Position numbers and translations under genes: made by a program
Notes under the pieces: generated by a model
Database searches by the model: none
Seen by the model: the letters and a program-made list of their open reading frames with translations, nothing else
What the model was told of the DNA's origin: nothing
Assembly: GCF_037996765.1 (NCBI RefSeq)
Contig: NZ_JBBNAD010000005.1
Coordinates: forward strand, 1-32,000
DNA from: Bdellovibrio sp. GT3
GTDB taxonomy: Bacteria; Bdellovibrionota; Bdellovibrionia; Bdellovibrionales; Bdellovibrionaceae
Direction of reading: 5' to 3'
DNA: 32,000 bases
Shown: piece by piece, positions 1 to 8,401 of the stretch
Layout of the letters: every line of letters starts with the position of its first letter
Position numbering within the stretch: the first letter of the stretch is position 1

Positions 1-159
1 CCCTCTCTAGCCATCGGAGACGGGACTGTAGAAGTAGCGGCGACCGCCATCCTAAGTTGTATTGAAACAACAACCGGAAATTCTGTATCCAATGCTCTAT
101 GCCCACCCGCATCTTCTGCTCCCCAAGCGCTCTTATCAGTCACCAGCTGGCTCAATTGA
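1..159 (+). CDS. 3' end of an ORF entering from upstream of the window (frame 1, ...AIGDGTVEVAATAILSCIETTTGNSVSNALCPPASSAPQALLSVTSWLN*)
   Basis: My own translation of frame 1 is open from nt 1 to TGA at 157-159. It overlaps the first 98 nt of the RCC1 ORF in frame 2. I recognised no domain. Confidence 0.3.
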   Translation, partial: PSLAIGDGTVEVAATAILSCIETTTGNSVSNALCPPASSAPQALLSVTSWLN

Positions 160-1366
160 CATTGCCATTGAGGGTGCTGTAGGCGGCAAAGCCACTGTTG
201 GCGTCGCGTTGGGTGGGCACTTCGATACTGGTACTCAAGCTGGTCAAAATAAAATTGCAGCTGCTCTAGTTTGCGATACCGCTTATGAAAAGACTGGTTC
301 AACCTGCGAAGTTGCCATTCTAAAAGCCAAGCTTCTACGAAATACTGGTGGTTCTGGCACATGCGTGATCACCTTAGAGGACAAAGTTAAGTGTTTTGGA
401 ACAGGGTATTTTGGTAGCGGAACATCTTCAGCATTTTCAGTTCCCACTGAAGTAACTGTCTTCCAAGGTGCAAAAGATATCGCACTAGGTGCTCACATGT
501 GCGCAATTATGTCTGATAATAGCGTTAAATGTGGCGGTCGAAATAATTATGGTCAATTGGGTTTAGGAGACACCACAGATCGTGCAACTCCAGTGACCGT
601 ATCAGGTTTTCAAGGTGCAAAATCTATTTACACTGGCCCGTTTACAACATGTGCAATTTTCAATGACAACTCCGTTAAGTGTACGGGAGCGAATGGTCTC
701 GGGACTCTCGGTTTGGGTGACTACAATGACAGAAGCTCTGCCGTAACAGTTCCTGGCTTTGCTGGAGCAACACAAATTGTATTCGGAACGAGCAACACCT
801 GTGCATTACTCTCAAACCAAAAGGTTGTTTGCACTGGCTATCTTGGCTATGGATCACTTAGTCTTTCCAATTCTCCTTACCGAAACACGCCCGTCGAGAT
901 CCAAGACTTTGCCGGAGCCCTAGAGATCACAGCGGGTGCGTTGCATACTTGTGCAAGAATCGCCGATGGCTCAGTAAAATGTATCGGCCAAAACTATAGC
1001 TACCAACTTGGCGATGGTTCAAATACTGATCGACCGTCTGCCGTAACAATTCCAGAACTTCAAAACGCGGTTTCGATATCCGCAGGCACTTACTCAACTT
1101 GCGCAGTTCTGCCTGGGGGATCTGCAAAATGTGCAGGCTGGAATACAAGCGGAGAACTAGGCACAGGTAATGTCTCCAACCAGCCAAGTCCAGTAGCCGC
1201 CTACTCTTCCAACACAGTCTCGTCAATATCTGTCAGCATCAGTCACTCCTGCGCAATTGTAGCGAACAGCAAAGTTAAGTGCTCGGGTGACAATGGATAT
1301 TACCAACTCGGCAACATTGACCAAGTTGACCATACCACCCCAGTTTTTGTGGTTAAAGGGAACTAG
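62..1366 (+). CDS. RCC1 (regulator of chromosome condensation)-repeat beta-propeller protein
   Basis: Six or seven repeats of about 50 aa carry the RCC1 signature (C-A/G-x-x-x-D/N-x-S/K-V-K-C-x-G-x-N-x-x-G-Q-L-G-x-G-D). The start is uncertain. TTG at 62 and ATG at 92 both lack a convincing Shine-Dalgarno, and there is no signal peptide. Confidence 0.75.
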   Translation: MKQQPEILYPMLYAHPHLLLPKRSYQSPAGSIDIAIEGAVGGKATVGVALGGHFDTGTQAGQNKIAAALVCDTAYEKTGSTCEVAILKAKLLRNTGGSGTCVITLEDKVKCFGTGYFGSGTSSAFSVPTEVTVFQGAKDIALGAHMCAIMSDNSVKCGGRNNYGQLGLGDTTDRATPVTVSGFQGAKSIYTGPFTTCAIFNDNSVKCTGANGLGTLGLGDYNDRSSAVTVPGFAGATQIVFGTSNTCALLSNQKVVCTGYLGYGSLSLSNSPYRNTPVEIQDFAGALEITAGALHTCARIADGSVKCIGQNYSYQLGDGSNTDRPSAVTIPELQNAVSISAGTYSTCAVLPGGSAKCAGWNTSGELGTGNVSNQPSPVAAYSSNTVSSISVSISHSCAIVANSKVKCSGDNGYYQLGNIDQVDHTTPVFVVKGN

Positions 1367-1726
1367 ATGGGTAATTTCATAGTGTTCATAGTGTTAGCGA
1401 TAGGTGTTCTTATCTACAATATGCAACTCAGTTCCATGGGAGGAAAAGAAGGGGCTCTAGCATACGACCTAATCCGGCAAGAGTTAAAAGACCCAAGCTC
1501 CGCTTCTTGGGACTCAATCAAAGTGCTGTCAAAGGAGAATGGCAGAAGCTTAGTGGTTGCGGATATCACTGCGAAAAATAGCTTCAACGCAAATGTAAAA
1601 TCTCGCTTTTGTGTTTGCGTCGCCTTGGCCGATAAGGTCGGAAAAGTACTATCAACCGATGGTGGTTGCCAACCAATAGAAATGTTTAAGAATGAATGTG
1701 CCTCCCTTACGATTCATAAACAATAA
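1367..1726 (+). CDS. hypothetical small protein with N-terminal transmembrane anchor
   Basis: The ATG directly abuts the RCC1 stop (TAG ATG), which suggests translational coupling. The N-terminus is hydrophobic (FIVFIVLAIGVLIY). I recognised no family. Confidence 0.5.
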   Translation: MGNFIVFIVLAIGVLIYNMQLSSMGGKEGALAYDLIRQELKDPSSASWDSIKVLSKENGRSLVVADITAKNSFNANVKSRFCVCVALADKVGKVLSTDGGCQPIEMFKNECASLTIHKQ

Positions 1727-2174
1727 AGTTTGCCTTCTAATAGGGGCACTATTTTGCTTGGGATGCTCACCAGCTTCTCCCAGGGTATACTCTCTTAGTG
1801 AGCTTGGATCACTCAAAGAAGTTTTCTCTTACTCAACAGATACCTTTGATCCGAACTTTATTTCGACCGACGCTTCCATTGGGATAAAAACATTCATCAA
1901 GCAGTTTCAGGTTACCAAGCTAAACAATGGAGCTGCATTTGTCTCAGCCACAGTTGTTTCAGATTCCGGTGTATTACCGATAACTGAATACATGATCTCT
2001 TCGGAAAAGATCAGCAACATAGGTTATTTCGACTCTTCCGCTTCAAAGGTTTATTATGAAATTGATCTTACGAGCGAACTTCCTAGCCTAACCATAGAAG
2101 CTGATTTTGATGGAGATAGGACAAACAATACGCCAGCAACTGTTACTGCCTTGCGAAAATCTCCCCTAAAATAG
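1692..2174 (+). CDS. hypothetical putative lipoprotein
   Basis: The N-terminus looks like a signal peptide ending in a lipobox-like LFCLGC|S. The ORF overlaps the previous one by 35 nt. Confidence 0.45.
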   Translation: MNVPPLRFINNKVCLLIGALFCLGCSPASPRVYSLSELGSLKEVFSYSTDTFDPNFISTDASIGIKTFIKQFQVTKLNNGAAFVSATVVSDSGVLPITEYMISSEKISNIGYFDSSASKVYYEIDLTSELPSLTIEADFDGDRTNNTPATVTALRKSPLK

Positions 2175-2175
2175 C

Positions 2176-3423
2176 TCAAGCTTTGTGAAAACTGAAACCA
2201 CAAATGGTTTCCAAAACCTTCATCATGTTACCAAAATCGTAGCTGGCTACTGAAGATCGTCCGTCCTTGATATCCAAAAGAATTTTATCAAAGCTAGCCT
2301 GGATATCTGCCTTTCTGGATACTTCCCCCTGATACTTTTTCTGTCCTTCGATGAACCCCTTCCAAATAACTGGATGGAACATGCCCAATTGATGCCTCAA
2401 TGCCTCGACCGGAAAATATAGCTCAATGCTTCCGGCAAGACCATTCACGTCCATATCAACTGACCCTTGTGGGCCAACTGTCGGGTAGTTTTTCAAAAGA
2501 TCAATATCTGGAAGTGACACGATTCTGATGTTTTTGCGTAGTTTTAACTCCTTAAGATACTTCATTGAGTCTTTAGCCGCTGTGTCGTTATCAAAGACGG
2601 CTACGATATCATTACTAATTCCCGCTGCGGATAGCGCTTTGATTGTGTGAATCAGAGACGAAGCACTGCCCTGAAGTTTATTCTCTTCAAAGTCCAAGAA
2701 AGAATAACAACTTGCTAAATGTGGCTTAAGAATTTGCAAAGATGCTTCAATGTATCGTCTATCAGTCACGCCCTCCGTAAGGATGACGGTTTTCGATTGA
2801 GGTGAATTGCTCGACAGATCTTCTTCTGCATCAACATATCCTCCATGTACGAGTTCGCTATATTCCATGGTCACAAACGTTCCCAGCTTGTCTGGAAATG
2901 TTGATAAAATTGCAAGAAATGCGTTGTTATCTAAACTTGAAAGCCCGTAATCATTAAAGTCACTGTGTTCAAGGAACAAAAAATCAATCTCATTTTCAAC
3001 ATAAAAGATGTATGTAAAAGGCTCGGGATTTGAGGTTTTCTCCCCTGCCATATATCTCTGAATGAGCTTTCCCCACGCATCAAAATCAATGACCTTTATA
3101 AGTTCCAAACTCTTTTCAATCTTTGCAACATCCGTGTATCTGTCTTGATCAGCAAGGCGCGATTCAAAATCTGCAATCACTTCCGCTTTATATCTTTCAA
3201 ATGATTCACGTCCGGCATCTAACGTAGCGCCGCATGCTTGGAGCCTCTCAATAGCCGTAAAGATAGGTACTGTATATTTATAGACAACAGACTCCCCGTC
3301 TTCTGTGTTTTCTGTCGAGATGACCTTATCTTGGGGAGTAAAAAAATCTGTGGTGATTGGATAAGACTTACTGCTTAAAACCTCTTCGTTTCCAAAATAC
3401 AGACCGCACCAGCTTCCCACCAT
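2176..3423 (-). CDS. Toprim-domain protein with a large N-terminal HEPN/Toprim-associated-like domain (putative nuclease)
   Basis: The C-terminal half carries a Toprim acidic signature, TVILTEGVTDRRYIE (conserved Glu) and VAVFDNDTAAKD (DxD). GGAGG (plus-strand 3427-3431) precedes three consecutive in-frame starts: TTG 3426, ATG 3423 and GTG 3420. GTG has the best spacing and would give an N-terminus of MGSWCGLYFG. Confidence 0.7.
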   Translation of the reverse strand: MVGSWCGLYFGNEEVLSSKSYPITTDFFTPQDKVISTENTEDGESVVYKYTVPIFTAIERLQACGATLDAGRESFERYKAEVIADFESRLADQDRYTDVAKIEKSLELIKVIDFDAWGKLIQRYMAGEKTSNPEPFTYIFYVENEIDFLFLEHSDFNDYGLSSLDNNAFLAILSTFPDKLGTFVTMEYSELVHGGYVDAEEDLSSNSPQSKTVILTEGVTDRRYIEASLQILKPHLASCYSFLDFEENKLQGSASSLIHTIKALSAAGISNDIVAVFDNDTAAKDSMKYLKELKLRKNIRIVSLPDIDLLKNYPTVGPQGSVDMDVNGLAGSIELYFPVEALRHQLGMFHPVIWKGFIEGQKKYQGEVSRKADIQASFDKILLDIKDGRSSVASYDFGNMMKVLETICGFSFHKA

Positions 3424-3572
3424 CAACCTCCGACTAGACCTTCTAAAAAAAGATCCATGGGGACTTAGATATCATGAAAACAAAAATAATTTAAAAAAAG
3501 ACAGAAAAGTTCATCAGAGCAGAATTTTTTTGGAACGAAGTTGGTAAAGGCTTTGAAAAGGAGGACTACAAC

Positions 3573-5516
3573 ATGAACAAGTCCACAGAATCGAACAAGC
3601 CATTCAAACTAATCGGTATTAAAGAACAACGTGACAGCCAAGCAGAGGGTCGCCCGGCAAAGAGTTTCCAGGAGTACCCAGGATTAACTCCAGCGAATGA
3701 GGAGCTAGAGACGGCTTCGGATAATGTGTCTCAAGATGAGAACAAAGAGGAAATTCAAGAGGTTACAGAGATCAATATCAATGAATTTCATGAATCTCGT
3801 CGCCCATTACTTCACCTTTCTGTTGATATTGACACGGATGGCCATTATAATAAAGAAGACACTTCAAATGTTACTCAAGTAGCTGAAAAGACTAAGAAGT
3901 CTAAGAAGGGTTTCAAAGTGAAACAGACAGACCGTTTCAAGACCCCATGGTTTGAAAATTTGTATGCCTCAATTAAAGACAGTAAAGTTGGTCACACCAG
4001 CCTATTAAGCGAGAAGGAACTGGAAAAGCGCTTATTGGAGCCCTTGCCTGAAGGCTTCACAATGCTAGAAGTTCTAGAAGCAATTCGCTACAGACAGCGT
4101 GAATATCGTAAAGACATCATGCCGCAAGTATCAAACTGGGAAGAGTTAACTGGTTTAACGCTTGAAGATTATAGACCAGCACTTGGTAAGCTTTTAACGC
4201 CACAATCCTTGAAGCAAACATTAAGCGCATTAACTCGCCACTACATTGAATTCCTGAAAGATACTTACTCCAGCGACGTAAAGTCTGGAGTCCATAGACT
4301 AAAAGATCCATGGTCAATCAAAGTTCTACACCTTAAATCGGAAGTCATTGGCCAGTTCAACGAATGGCTGGAACATCTAGAAACAGGTTACCATCTCTCG
4401 GATGCTTCAAAAATACGTGGCGTTGCAAGACTGATCTTTGAACGTACAAGCAACCCCATTCGCACACGTGCGACAAGATATTCATCGTTTAATCCAGAAA
4501 TCGAAGATCTTCTGAGATTGTATCAAACGACTGGTACAAGCAACGAAGACTCCAAAAGCGTTGCATCTGCCGCCCGCAAGGCAATTAAGCTTGCTGGAAT
4601 TCAAACTGCAGACGAACTTAAATCTACCAAAGGTTTAGAGAAAATCGCGTTTCTCAATTACAGTGGAGAGGTTTCTGATGGCGACAAATCACGCAGCAAA
4701 AAGTTCTTTTGGTGGCTGGGACAGGAATTTAAATTCAAAGTGCCACCCTACTTCGAGTCCAACAAAATCGAGACCATTCATCAGTTAACAGATGATCAAA
4801 ATGCTTGGTTTCAACTCAACATTGCCCAAGTCTTGGATAAAAGCATCTCCAAGCGTAAGGACTACAAACAACAGTTGGACCTATATCGTTTGATTATGGC
4901 CCAGCTGAGCACAAGAGATGTCCATAAATTTACTGACGTCCTGCCGTCAGACTTCATTGCGGCAGCCGCACTCGCGTCCAAACACCAACGTAACCTAGGC
5001 ATTTTGCGCGGACTAAAAGGAATATCACAAGCTTTAGTAACCTATTCATCTCAAAAGAATAAGTGGAAATACTGTTCTGCGGAAACGTTCGATCAATTTG
5101 AGAATCGCTGTTTGGATTCAATCGAAGGCTGCGGTGACCGCAATCTGGAACAACTCGATCTTAATCGCTACAAACCCGTATTTAATTCACTAGATGGATC
5201 ATGGAGCGCTTTCTTCCCTCTGATTATGCAGGACTTCAGAGCAGCTGCTTTGGCTGACGAAAAATGCAGAGAAGGAAAAAGATCAGTTAAAAAATCACTG
5301 GCAACTCCTGAACACTACAAACTCATCTATGAAAACTTATTAACCGTTGGTCATGGCAAACCCTGCGGCAATCGCAAAACAGGTGCGGTGCAAGATTTAT
5401 ATGGGACGTATAGAACTGGTGGATTACTGGATAAAAATCCGAACACCCTTTCCCAAGATGAAAAAAGAAGCTTAGAAAAGTATACGGCTTATGCGCTCCA
5501 AGCATTTGGGGGTTAA
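3573..5516 (+). CDS. N-terminal 647 codons of a large tyrosine-recombinase-like protein (acidic N-terminus, repeated helical core-binding-like modules); reading frame ends at a G5 run
   Basis: A strong RBS, AAAGGAGGA, lies 7 nt upstream of the ATG. The ORF stops at TAA 5514-5516, immediately after GGGGG at 5508-5512. The catalytic domain continues in another frame (see next feature). Confidence 0.7.
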   Translation: MNKSTESNKPFKLIGIKEQRDSQAEGRPAKSFQEYPGLTPANEELETASDNVSQDENKEEIQEVTEININEFHESRRPLLHLSVDIDTDGHYNKEDTSNVTQVAEKTKKSKKGFKVKQTDRFKTPWFENLYASIKDSKVGHTSLLSEKELEKRLLEPLPEGFTMLEVLEAIRYRQREYRKDIMPQVSNWEELTGLTLEDYRPALGKLLTPQSLKQTLSALTRHYIEFLKDTYSSDVKSGVHRLKDPWSIKVLHLKSEVIGQFNEWLEHLETGYHLSDASKIRGVARLIFERTSNPIRTRATRYSSFNPEIEDLLRLYQTTGTSNEDSKSVASAARKAIKLAGIQTADELKSTKGLEKIAFLNYSGEVSDGDKSRSKKFFWWLGQEFKFKVPPYFESNKIETIHQLTDDQNAWFQLNIAQVLDKSISKRKDYKQQLDLYRLIMAQLSTRDVHKFTDVLPSDFIAAAALASKHQRNLGILRGLKGISQALVTYSSQKNKWKYCSAETFDQFENRCLDSIEGCGDRNLEQLDLNRYKPVFNSLDGSWSAFFPLIMQDFRAAALADEKCREGKRSVKKSLATPEHYKLIYENLLTVGHGKPCGNRKTGAVQDLYGTYRTGGLLDKNPNTLSQDEKRSLEKYTAYALQAFGG

Positions 5517-5539
5517 GATTTCGCTCTGAAAGTGATTCT

Positions 5540-6313
5540 TTGATTTACTATGATTATGCTCCGCTTTTAAATGAAGACACCGAATCTTGTATTTTCCCAA
5601 AAACCTATAAAGACAAATACTTAGGTGAAATCACATGTCTTGCACTCTTTCAACAAGGCGAGAATAGAAAGGTAGACTTAAGCTATTTGGTTCCTTTGAG
5701 TACGCTTTGCGACGAGTTTTTACTGATGCATCTCGCAGCACAAAACATTAAGCATGGTCAAAAAATCTTTACTTTAAATGTTTCAACACTCGCCGATGAC
5801 ATCAAAAGAACCTCGTGCAAATGGTTTAAAGCTAACATGAGCTTTGAAAAACTGCTGGAAGGAGAGACAAATAAGGCTTTTACAACTCACCGTTTTAGAA
5901 ACATCTTAGTACGTTCGATCGCTACATACTACGATGGAAGCGACTCAATTGAGATCCAAGCGCTAGTGTTGGGCCATACTCCAGATAGAACCGAAGGGTC
6001 TTCATCGACGGATATTTACACTGAATATCTAGACAATTGTGAAAAACACTTTGCAACTCTGAGACGCATTAAAGATCAAAACTACAATACGGATTCTGAT
6101 CTAAGAAACCTACGCCTTGAAGAAAGCATTGCAAAATTAAAAGCTGAGAATGAGCAATTGCACTTTAAAACTCATTTAGGAATCGACGAGATTCTGGATA
6201 AAGTGGCGGCGCAAGAGAAGCAAAAGCAACTTGCCCTTGAATGGATTTCCCAAAATCTAAGTGAGGCACTTCAGGCCACAGCGAAGCAAATCGAAAGCTC
6301 TGTGAAAAAGTAA
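5540..6313 (+). CDS. C-terminal catalytic domain of a tyrosine recombinase (HxxR / LGH / Y motifs) followed by a coiled-coil tail; probably the frameshifted continuation of 3573..5516
   Basis: Motifs present are HRFRNILVRS (HxxR), LVLGHTP (His/Trp box) and DIYTEY (nucleophile Tyr). There is no SD before TTG 5540. This frame is open back to 5462 and there reads ...GLRFRSE, which matches the box-I Arg motif. Confidence 0.65.
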   Translation: MIYYDYAPLLNEDTESCIFPKTYKDKYLGEITCLALFQQGENRKVDLSYLVPLSTLCDEFLLMHLAAQNIKHGQKIFTLNVSTLADDIKRTSCKWFKANMSFEKLLEGETNKAFTTHRFRNILVRSIATYYDGSDSIEIQALVLGHTPDRTEGSSSTDIYTEYLDNCEKHFATLRRIKDQNYNTDSDLRNLRLEESIAKLKAENEQLHFKTHLGIDEILDKVAAQEKQKQLALEWISQNLSEALQATAKQIESSVKK

Positions 6314-6324
6314 GCGTTGTGCTT

Positions 6325-6347
6325 GGGCGCCATCCGTACTGGCGCCC
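6325..6347 (+). terminator. GC-rich hairpin downstream of the recombinase-like gene (GGGCGCC-9 nt-GGCGCCC)
   Basis: The stem is a perfect 7 bp. No T-run follows, so function as an intrinsic terminator is uncertain. Confidence 0.35.
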
Positions 6348-6444
6348 CTATCAAGAACCTTCGATGAAGGTCCAATTCTTTTAGGTTTGAGTGATTTTTG
6401 ACTCCAAAATAAATACTATTTGTTTATTTACAAGGGAGTTCAGC

Positions 6445-6936
6445 TTGGCGAGAAACGTATTCTACAGCTTTCATTATTTAGTAGATGCATTCCGTGTATC
6501 ACAAGTCAGAAATATGGGTGTCATTGAAGGAAATCAGTCCATTCGTGATAACGACTGGGAAACAGTAAAAAAGGGCGGCGATGCCGCTATTCAAAAATGG
6601 ATAGACGACCAACTTCAAGGCAGATCCTGTGCAGTAGTCCTTATCGGCAAAGATACTTACGGTCGAAAGTGGATCAATTACGAAATTCAGAAAGCGTGGG
6701 CATCCGGAAAAGGTGTTGTGGGAATTCATATCCACAATTTAAAAGATTCTGGTGGAAATCAAACTACAAAAGGGGTCAATCCTTTCTCATATTTCAACAT
6801 CAATGGAACTCCTTTCAACAATATCGTTAAAGCCTACGATCCCCCACACTGGGACAGTAAAGAAGTCTACGCTCACATCAAGGCGAACATTGAACATTGG
6901 ATTGAAGAAGCAATTGCCATCAGAGGGAAGTACTAG
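6445..6936 (+). CDS. thsB: Thoeris ThsB, TIR-like (DUF1863 / MTH538-type) protein
   Basis: The sequence NVFYSFHY...VSQVRN...CAVVLIGKDTYGRKWINYEIQKA...GVVGIHIHNLKD matches the ThsB/DUF1863 pattern, including the catalytic-Glu motif W-x-x-Y-E-I. The likely start is TTG 6445, preceded by AAGGGAG at 6432-6438. The ORF track starts earlier, at GTG 6391. Confidence 0.85.
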   Translation: MARNVFYSFHYLVDAFRVSQVRNMGVIEGNQSIRDNDWETVKKGGDAAIQKWIDDQLQGRSCAVVLIGKDTYGRKWINYEIQKAWASGKGVVGIHIHNLKDSGGNQTTKGVNPFSYFNINGTPFNNIVKAYDPPHWDSKEVYAHIKANIEHWIEEAIAIRGKY

Positions 6937-6939
6937 TCT

Positions 6940-8397
6940 ATGATTAGCAGCCCACAAGAAGTTGAACGTTTTGTAGAAGATTTCGTACTAGCCCTGAGAG
7001 AAGATAATGCTGCGCTGTTTGCTGGCGCGGGGCTCTCTATCCCGTCAGGATTTGTAAACTGGAAGGAACTCCTTAGGGACATTGCAAAAGACGTGAACTT
7101 GGACGTCAATAAAGAATCTGATTTGGTAGCAGTAGCGCAGTACCACATTAACAGTACTGGCAATCGTAATAAAATTAATCATCAGTTACTAAATACTTTC
7201 TCGCAGAAAGCAAAGCCTTCAAAAAGCCACGAGATCATCGCATCCCTCCCCTTCAAAACGGTTTGGACAACGAACTACGACACCTTAATTGAAGATGCCT
7301 TTACTCATGCAGGAAAAGTTGCGGACGTAAAACACAATCACAGCCAATTACCACTTACTAGGGCTGGTCGATCTGTCGTTGTCTACAAAATGCATGGAGA
7401 TGCATCCGCGCCAAGCCAAGCAGTCTTAACGAGAGATGACTACGAATCGTTCTCAGAGAATCGAAGCCTGTTTACGACTGCACTTCAAGGGGACTTGGTT
7501 AATAAAACTTTCCTCTTTCTTGGATTTAGCTTCTCTGATCCAAACATCAATTACATTCTTAGTAGAGTCAGAATATTACTCGGCAACCAAAATCAACGGC
7601 AACACTACTGTCTCATGAGGAAAGTTCAGAGGAAAGACTACGTCAAAATCGGTGACTTTCGATACGACGAGAATAAACAAAAACTACAAGTTGATGATCT
7701 GAAAAGATATGGAATCAAAACACTGCTTCTTAGTGATTTCGGTGCCGTCACTGCAATTCTAAAAAAGATACAGAGCAAGTTTAAGCGTCATAGAGTTTTT
7801 ATTTCAGGCAGTGCATTTACTGGAGCTTATTCTCCACATTGGTCTTCAGACCTCAAGTCCCAGAAGTTCATTCACGGTCTTGCCTATGAATTAGTAAAAA
7901 AGGGCTATGATGTGGCTTCAGGTTTTGGCGATGGCGTGGGCAGCGCTGTAATCAATGGTGCCTTGCAGTTTTCGGATGAGACCGGCCAAGAACTAGGCGA
8001 CAAACTTGTATTGAAGCCATTTCCTCAGTTTGCCACTACCCCCCGAGAACTAACATCCATGTGGCAAGAGTACCGAAAGAGTATGCTGAAAAATGTAGGT
8101 GTAGCCGTCTTTGTCTTCGGCAGCAAACTTCACGAAAATGGCGGCATTGTAAATGCTCCTGGAGTAAGGAAAGAATTTGAAATTGCCAGACAACTTGGAA
8201 TTAAGCTGATTCCTGTGGGCGTCACTGGATGGATGTCCGAACAGCTTTGGAATGAAGTTGAAACAAATTTTAAATTATTTTACGGAGACAATACAAAAAT
8301 CCGGGCCCAGTTCAAAAAGCTGGGAAATACAGATTCCACGCCCAACCAAGTTACTAAAGCAATTTTAAATATTATTGATTTGATCACACAGGAATAA
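6940..8397 (+). CDS. thsA: Thoeris ThsA, SIR2 NADase domain fused to a C-terminal SLOG nucleotide-sensor domain
   Basis: As I recall Bacillus ThsA, the resemblance runs along the whole length. Shared motifs include AALFAGAGLS, WTTNYD (Asn112), VYKMHGD (His152), FLFLGFSFSDPN, FISGSA and SGFGDGVGSAVINGAL (SLOG Gly-rich motif). The start lies 3 nt after the thsB stop, with a GAGGGAAG RBS. Confidence 0.92.
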   Translation: MISSPQEVERFVEDFVLALREDNAALFAGAGLSIPSGFVNWKELLRDIAKDVNLDVNKESDLVAVAQYHINSTGNRNKINHQLLNTFSQKAKPSKSHEIIASLPFKTVWTTNYDTLIEDAFTHAGKVADVKHNHSQLPLTRAGRSVVVYKMHGDASAPSQAVLTRDDYESFSENRSLFTTALQGDLVNKTFLFLGFSFSDPNINYILSRVRILLGNQNQRQHYCLMRKVQRKDYVKIGDFRYDENKQKLQVDDLKRYGIKTLLLSDFGAVTAILKKIQSKFKRHRVFISGSAFTGAYSPHWSSDLKSQKFIHGLAYELVKKGYDVASGFGDGVGSAVINGALQFSDETGQELGDKLVLKPFPQFATTPRELTSMWQEYRKSMLKNVGVAVFVFGSKLHENGGIVNAPGVRKEFEIARQLGIKLIPVGVTGWMSEQLWNEVETNFKLFYGDNTKIRAQFKKLGNTDSTPNQVTKAILNIIDLITQE

Positions 8398-8401
8398 TTC
8401 T

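Noticed and set aside
6398-6426. Possible sigma70-type promoter for the Thoeris operon (TTGACT at 6398..6403)
   Set aside because: The hexamer 17 nt downstream (TGTTTA) is a poor -10. It would also place the transcription start on top of the RBS. The evidence is not strong enough to annotate.
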